Shown one piece after another: positions 56,833 through 64,000 of a stretch of 64,000 nt of DNA. The translations under genes and the position numbers were made by a program. Within the stretch, counting starts at the first letter, position 1, and every line of letters starts with the position of its first letter. This DNA is from an uncultured delta proteobacterium (GTDB lineage: Bacteria; Myxococcota_A; Polyangia; Fen-1088): the NCBI GenBank assembly GCA_963796685.1, contig CAWCMR010000013.1, forward strand, positions 544,001 to 608,000. Reading direction: 5' to 3'. The notes beneath the pieces were generated by a model. That model had not been told where the DNA came from and searched no databases. It saw only the letters and a program-made list of their open reading frames with translations.

Positions 56833-59819
56833 GTCGGGCGGTACGGTCGGCGCGGGAAGGGCTCGGGCTTCTTCACGGCGGGCGCCTGGGCGACCTCGGA
56901 CGCCAACCCGAGTTGCTCGCGCAGATCGAGGTAATCGCCGGTCACGCTCCAGCGAATCAGGTTCTTGACCGCGGTTTCCGCGTCTCCGCTTTGGGCATCG
57001 GCCGAGCGCAGGACCTCGCGAACCGCGGACACGGTGTCGCCGCACAAAAGCAAGCCCGCTCGATCCGCGCTCTGGTTGGCCCCGGCGGCCCAGGCGTCCA
57101 GATCGACGCGGCCCGGATCGGCCACGATCTGCTCGATGGCAGCCGTCGCCGAAGCCAGGGTCAAGGGCTGGACGGTTCGCTGCAGGAAGGTGGAGTACTG
57201 GCGCACCGAAGCCGCGTCCGTTCCCGCCAGCTCGAACTCGGGGTGGACCAGCTTCACCGCCGCAGCCACGATCACGCGCAGTTCCCCGAGGGAGGGAACC
57301 GCTTCCGGCGAAAGCAAGAATTGATCGGCGCGCAAGCGGGCAAGCTTGCGTGCGAAGAAGAAAGCCAGCTCCTTCTCCGAGCGGCCTGAAAGCAGGCTCT
57401 TGCCCAGCAGGAAAGACGGCACGACCTGCTGCCCCTCGAGCACGATGCGCAGCTCGAGCTCGCCCTCGCTTTCCGGAGACACGTACACCGGCGGCAACGC
57501 GACACCGAGCACGCGGCAGGCGTAGCCAATCATCTGCCCCACCGAGGAATGGTCGATCGACAAGTCGACCTTTTGCGCGGGATTGAGGCCCAGCGAGGTG
57601 ACGTCCTTCGCGCGCGCCATGGCCACACCGGCGCTGACCACGGCCAGCACGTGGGAAACGCACCATTCCTGGCGTGGGCTGCGCACATAACGCTGCCACA
57701 TGGATTCGGTCAGCGCGCCACGGGCGCGTGGAATCTCGGGCGACATGGTGCGCTCGTAGAAAGCCTGCTCCTGCGGAATGGCTTGCCCCATCGCCACCAG
57801 GGCGGCGCTGGTGCAGTGGAGCCGGTCATACATCTGGTGCTTGCCGAACAGCCGCGCCAGCGCGCGGATGTTCTTCGCCATGTCCTCGAAGTCCTGCGAA
57901 TCCTCGAGAACGGCCTCGCGCGCCTGGACCGCCTGGCCCAGCTTGCCCGCCCCCAGCACCTCGTAGGTTTCGGCCAAAACCTCACGGTGACGCCGATCCT
58001 CCGGTGCCAGTTGCACACACACCTCGTAGGCCGCGATGGCGGCCTCGCGTTCGTGCAGACGGCGACGGCAGACGTCACCCAATTTACGCCAAACCGACAG
58101 CAGCTGGGCACGCTTCTCGGGGGGTGGCGTGCTGCCCATGCGCTTGATCATGCGCCGGTAGTTGCGCGCCAGCTCTCGCCACCCGTTCTGTGCGGTCAAG
58201 ATGCGCTCGATACGGCCGAAGGTGCGTTCGTCGTCGGGGTCCTCGTCGAGCACGAGGTTGTACACCTCGACCGCGCGCTCGGTAATCTTCAACTGGTAGT
58301 TGAGAATGTTGCCCATGGCGACCAGCAGCCGCGCCCGGGTCTTGCCGCTTTCCACCTTCACCAGCCGTTCCAGGATTTCCACCGCCTGCGCCCAGTCATG
58401 GGCCTGGGTGTAGATCTCGAACACCTCGTGCAGGGTCACCGGATCGTCGGGCCGCAGCGCCAGCATCTCGAAGTAGGTCTTGAGCGCGGCGTGCAGATCG
58501 CCCAGTTGCTCGCGCTCGCTCTGGGCGATGCCGGCGAGGGTTTCGAACTTCTCGTCGGGCGAGGCCGAGCCCTGCAAGAGCATGCGCTGCTGCTCGATGA
58601 TGGCGCGCGCGGTCTCCGGGCCCTTGCCCGACAGCCGTCCGTGGGCCTGGGCCAGGGCCTCGCGGCACGCCTGGTTGTCGGGCGCGATCTCCAGGGCCTG
58701 CGTGAAGGCGGCGGCGGCGGCCTCTGCCTCGCCAAGTGCCAGCCTGGCGTGCCCGAGCCCTTCCAGAAGCTCGACCTGTTCATCCCGGGTGAGGCCGGCC
58801 TCGGCGCGGGCCAGGACTGCGGGGACGGCGATGATCACGTCTTGCCACCACTTCTCGGACAAGGCCAGCGATGACCAGCGCAGCAGGGCCGGCAAATACG
58901 TGGGATCGTCTCCGTGGGCGTTGCGGTAGTTGACCCGGGCGCGGTCGTTGTCGCCGAGCATCTGGGCGGCCCAACCCGCCTTCTGGAACAAGCGCGCGGC
59001 CTGCGCCCCGCCCTCTTCCGTCTTGGTTGCCAGCATCTCGAAGAGCGGCAGGACCGTGCCCCAGTCCTTGGCCTCCCAACCCAGATCGGCCAAGGCCTCG
59101 GCGGCCGTCCGGTTGGCCGGCTCCGCCTCGAGAACGCGACGGTAAAGCTCGCTGGCCGCGTCACGATCGCCGAGCCGCGAGCGATAGAGGTCCGCTGCAT
59201 CCAACCCGTATCCGACGCGCAGCTGGACATCGCGCACGGCAGCCGCCGCGCCCGACAGGTAGGCCGCCGCGCGCGTGAAGTCGCCGCGCAGCTTGTGAAT
59301 GTCGACCAGCGCGCGCAGGGCCGTGGGATTGGTGGGATCCGCCGCCAGCGCCGCCTCGAGCGCGTTTTCCGACGAGACCGCGTCCCCCGCCTGCTCCTGG
59401 AACCAGGTCGAGATGGCGACATACATGGCGGCTTGTTTGTCGGGCGGCGCGATCTGTGCGGCCACCGACATGCATTCCTCCAAGAGCTCGGGGAAGCGTC
59501 CCAGCGAGGTGGTCACCCGCGCCAGCTCCGAGACCGCCTCCTCGTTCGCCGGATCGTCCTGAAACGCCGCCAGCAAGGTGATGTACGCCCGATCGGCGTC
59601 GCCGAGGTTCTTCTCGAAGACCTCGGCCGCGTGCACCAAGTGGCGGGCGCGGTTGCTGGCGCTGGTCGCGGTCTCGGCCCGCTCGACGTAGAGCGCGGCC
59701 AAATCCTCCCAACGCCCTTCGCGCGTGAGCACCTTGGCGACTTGCCGATATTCCTCGGCCGTCATCTGCTCGTCGCCCGACTCTGCGGCTTGGTTCTCCG
59801 GATCTTCGCTGGTCATCAT
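56829..59819 (-). CDS. Large TPR-repeat protein with C-terminal degenerate M48-peptidase-like region
   Basis: Many TPRs (A...Y..VL..DP....A); C-terminal ELAFFFARKL...W....SADRAGLLLCGD; RBS AGGAGG before ATG 59819. Confidence 0.8.
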   Translation of the reverse strand: MMTSEDPENQAAESGDEQMTAEEYRQVAKVLTREGRWEDLAALYVERAETATSASNRARHLVHAAEVFEKNLGDADRAYITLLAAFQDDPANEEAVSELARVTTSLGRFPELLEECMSVAAQIAPPDKQAAMYVAISTWFQEQAGDAVSSENALEAALAADPTNPTALRALVDIHKLRGDFTRAAAYLSGAAAAVRDVQLRVGYGLDAADLYRSRLGDRDAASELYRRVLEAEPANRTAAEALADLGWEAKDWGTVLPLFEMLATKTEEGGAQAARLFQKAGWAAQMLGDNDRARVNYRNAHGDDPTYLPALLRWSSLALSEKWWQDVIIAVPAVLARAEAGLTRDEQVELLEGLGHARLALGEAEAAAAAFTQALEIAPDNQACREALAQAHGRLSGKGPETARAIIEQQRMLLQGSASPDEKFETLAGIAQSEREQLGDLHAALKTYFEMLALRPDDPVTLHEVFEIYTQAHDWAQAVEILERLVKVESGKTRARLLVAMGNILNYQLKITERAVEVYNLVLDEDPDDERTFGRIERILTAQNGWRELARNYRRMIKRMGSTPPPEKRAQLLSVWRKLGDVCRRRLHEREAAIAAYEVCVQLAPEDRRHREVLAETYEVLGAGKLGQAVQAREAVLEDSQDFEDMAKNIRALARLFGKHQMYDRLHCTSAALVAMGQAIPQEQAFYERTMSPEIPRARGALTESMWQRYVRSPRQEWCVSHVLAVVSAGVAMARAKDVTSLGLNPAQKVDLSIDHSSVGQMIGYACRVLGVALPPVYVSPESEGELELRIVLEGQQVVPSFLLGKSLLSGRSEKELAFFFARKLARLRADQFLLSPEAVPSLGELRVIVAAAVKLVHPEFELAGTDAASVRQYSTFLQRTVQPLTLASATAAIEQIVADPGRVDLDAWAAGANQSADRAGLLLCGDTVSAVREVLRSADAQSGDAETAVKNLIRWSVTGDYLDLREQLGLASEVAQAPAVKKPEPFPRRPYRPT

Positions 59820-60086
59820 CTCCTCCTGAGTAGGAACCCTCGGAGGGTTCTTACCATCTCCCGCGGTGGGCGACCTCGGGCATGGCCCGCAGTTCCTCAC
59901 GCGACTTCGTGCGGGAAGGTGCTAAGCAAACACGAAAGGCCACGGCGCCGCCACGGAATCCACTGTACGCGCCTGACAATAGGTGCGCCGATGACGCCCG
60001 TCAACCGCCACCGAAAGGCAGGCGTGTCGTTCCTCGGTAGTTTCACTTGTGCCCGGCCAAGGTTTTCCGCATGATCGCCTTCGCCC

Positions 60087-61205
60087 ATGGAGCCCCACAG
60101 CCAACCCCGGAAGACCCCCCTCACCGGTGCGCACCAGCGACTCGGTGCGAAGCTCATCGACTTTGGCGGCTGGCTGATGCCGGTCAACTATCCGGAAGGG
60201 ATCATCGAGGAGCACAAGGCCACGCGCGGCGCGGTGGGCGTCTTCGACGTCTGCCACATGGGGGAAATCCACTTCCGCGGGCCGCGGGCCGCCGAAGCGG
60301 TCCAGCGCCTGGTAACCAACAACGTGGGTGCCATGACCGACGGCCGGGCCATGTACGCGGTGGCGTGCCATCCGAACGGCGGCATCGTCGACGACCTCAT
60401 TGTGTACCGCGTCGCGCACGATCACTACCTCATCGTGGTCAACGCCTCGAACATCGACAAGGATCGCCAACACTTCGTCGCGAATGCTGGCGCCCTCTGT
60501 CAGATCGACGACGAATCCGACGCCACCGCGCTGATCGCATTCCAGGGGCCGAAGGCCGAGACCGCTTTGGCCGGGCTTACCGATGCGGATCTCGCCTCGC
60601 TGCGGTCGTTCAACTTTCTCCCGAACCGCCAGGTCGCCGGCCGGCCGGCGTGGATCGCGCGCACCGGCTACACCGGCGAGGATGGTTTCGAGATCTTCTG
60701 CTCGCCGGACCACGCGCCGACCGTGTGGGACGCCTTGATCGAGGCCGCGGCCAAGGTCGGCGGCAAGCCAGTCGGTCTGGGGGCGCGCGACACCTTGCGA
60801 CTGGAGGCGCGTCTCAGTCTCTATGGCAACGATCTCTCCGACACCACCACGCCGCTCGAAGCCGGGCTTGGCTGGGTGGTCAGGTTCGATGCCGGGGACT
60901 TCATCGGCAAGAAGGCGCTCTTGCTCCAGCGCGAGGCGGGCCTGGCGCGCAAGCTGGTGGGGTTCGAAATGCGCGAGCGGGGCATCGCCCGCCATGGCTA
61001 TCTCATCTCCGACGTGGCGAACGGCGCGCACCTCGGAGAAGTCACCTCGGGCACGGTCGGCCCATCGATCGGCAAGAACATCGGCATGGGCTACGTCCCC
61101 GTCAGCCACGCCCGGCCAGGGACTCGCATCGTCATCGACTGCCGGGGCAAGCCCGCGCAGGCAGAAGTCGTCAATGGGCCGTTCTATCGCCGGCAAGGCG
61201 CGTAG
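60087..61205 (+). CDS. gcvT: Glycine cleavage system T protein (aminomethyltransferase)
   Basis: Motifs FGGW.MPV.Y, FDV.HMG, RTGYTGEDGFE and GLGARDTLRLEA. Confidence 0.97.
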   Translation: MEPHSQPRKTPLTGAHQRLGAKLIDFGGWLMPVNYPEGIIEEHKATRGAVGVFDVCHMGEIHFRGPRAAEAVQRLVTNNVGAMTDGRAMYAVACHPNGGIVDDLIVYRVAHDHYLIVVNASNIDKDRQHFVANAGALCQIDDESDATALIAFQGPKAETALAGLTDADLASLRSFNFLPNRQVAGRPAWIARTGYTGEDGFEIFCSPDHAPTVWDALIEAAAKVGGKPVGLGARDTLRLEARLSLYGNDLSDTTTPLEAGLGWVVRFDAGDFIGKKALLLQREAGLARKLVGFEMRERGIARHGYLISDVANGAHLGEVTSGTVGPSIGKNIGMGYVPVSHARPGTRIVIDCRGKPAQAEVVNGPFYRRQGA

Positions 61206-61237
61206 GATGCCAACCCCTTCAAGGAGCCAGCAGAAAC

Positions 61238-61633
61238 ATGAGTGACACGTATCCCAACGATCTTCTCTACACCGAGGACCACGAGTGGGCGCGCCCCGAA
61301 AACAATCTGGTGACCGTGGGCATTTCCCAGTTCGCGGTGGAGCAACTCGGCGACGTGACCCAGGTCGATCTGCCACGCGAGGGCGAGATGCTCAAACAAA
61401 ACGAGCCCTTCGGCTCGGTCGAATCGGTGAAGGCCGTGTCCGACCTGCTCGCGCCCGTCTCGGGCAAGGTGGTCAAGGTGAACACCACCCTGCAGGACTC
61501 ACCCGAGTACGTGAATGAAGACCCCTACGACGGCGGTTGGATGATCCAAATCGAGGTGGCGAACCCCGAGGAGCTGAAGAAGCTGATGGACCCCGCCGCC
61601 TACGAGACCTTCTTGAAAGAGAACGAGGACTAG
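61238..61633 (+). CDS. gcvH: Glycine cleavage system H protein
   Basis: Motifs YTEDHEW, VESVKAVSD (lipoyl Lys) and VNEDPYDGGW. Confidence 0.97.
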   Translation: MSDTYPNDLLYTEDHEWARPENNLVTVGISQFAVEQLGDVTQVDLPREGEMLKQNEPFGSVESVKAVSDLLAPVSGKVVKVNTTLQDSPEYVNEDPYDGGWMIQIEVANPEELKKLMDPAAYETFLKENED

Positions 61634-61643
61634 TAGCCGCAAG

Positions 61644-64000
<2,357 letters not shown>

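Noticed and set aside
59820-60086. Glycine or c-di-GMP-I riboswitch upstream of gcvT
   Set aside because: No GGAGA/CCGAAG/CTCTCAGG aptamer on the gcvT strand. A GGAGA..CCGAGG..CTCAGG fragment is on the opposite strand and lacks P3. GCAAAC-AC-GAAA does not form the required stem.

Overview
A GC-rich 64 kb chromosomal segment from a myxobacterium-like organism (Myxococcota, probably Polyangia-like). The assignment is inferred from DUF4215 Cys-rich repeats, TIGR02266, an AgmX/PglI-type domain, an FHA-sigma54 activator and TPR-PEGA proteins. Housekeeping content: miaA, mutL, rlmE, an rplC lying outside any S10 operon with its own sigma70 promoter, DTW and TsaC/YciO-family tRNA enzymes, trpE-G-D-C-F, tatD, rex, murJ and gcvT-H-P. 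The most interesting item is at 1-6.2 kb. A tightly packed operon (FHA-sigma54 activator, membrane Ser/Thr kinase, secreted TPR-PEGA protein, two CBM11-like lipoproteins) is followed by a near-consensus sigma54 promoter in front of a glycoside-hydrolase-like lipoprotein that the ORF track missed. Together these look like a self-contained trans-envelope carbohydrate-sensing circuit. Other notable items: a nested 1.7 kb mosaic array of mini-hairpin repeats (44.7-46.4 kb), a degenerate ECF sigma paralog (possible decoy), a MITE inserted at a stop codon, a family of CACAGAG inverted-repeat elements, several apparent pseudo-enzymes, and six single-base frameshifts at GATC/AGCT motifs that are probably methylation-linked sequencing errors. 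I saw no rRNA, tRNA, CRISPR array or transposase. All family assignments come from motif recognition by eye, not database searches.
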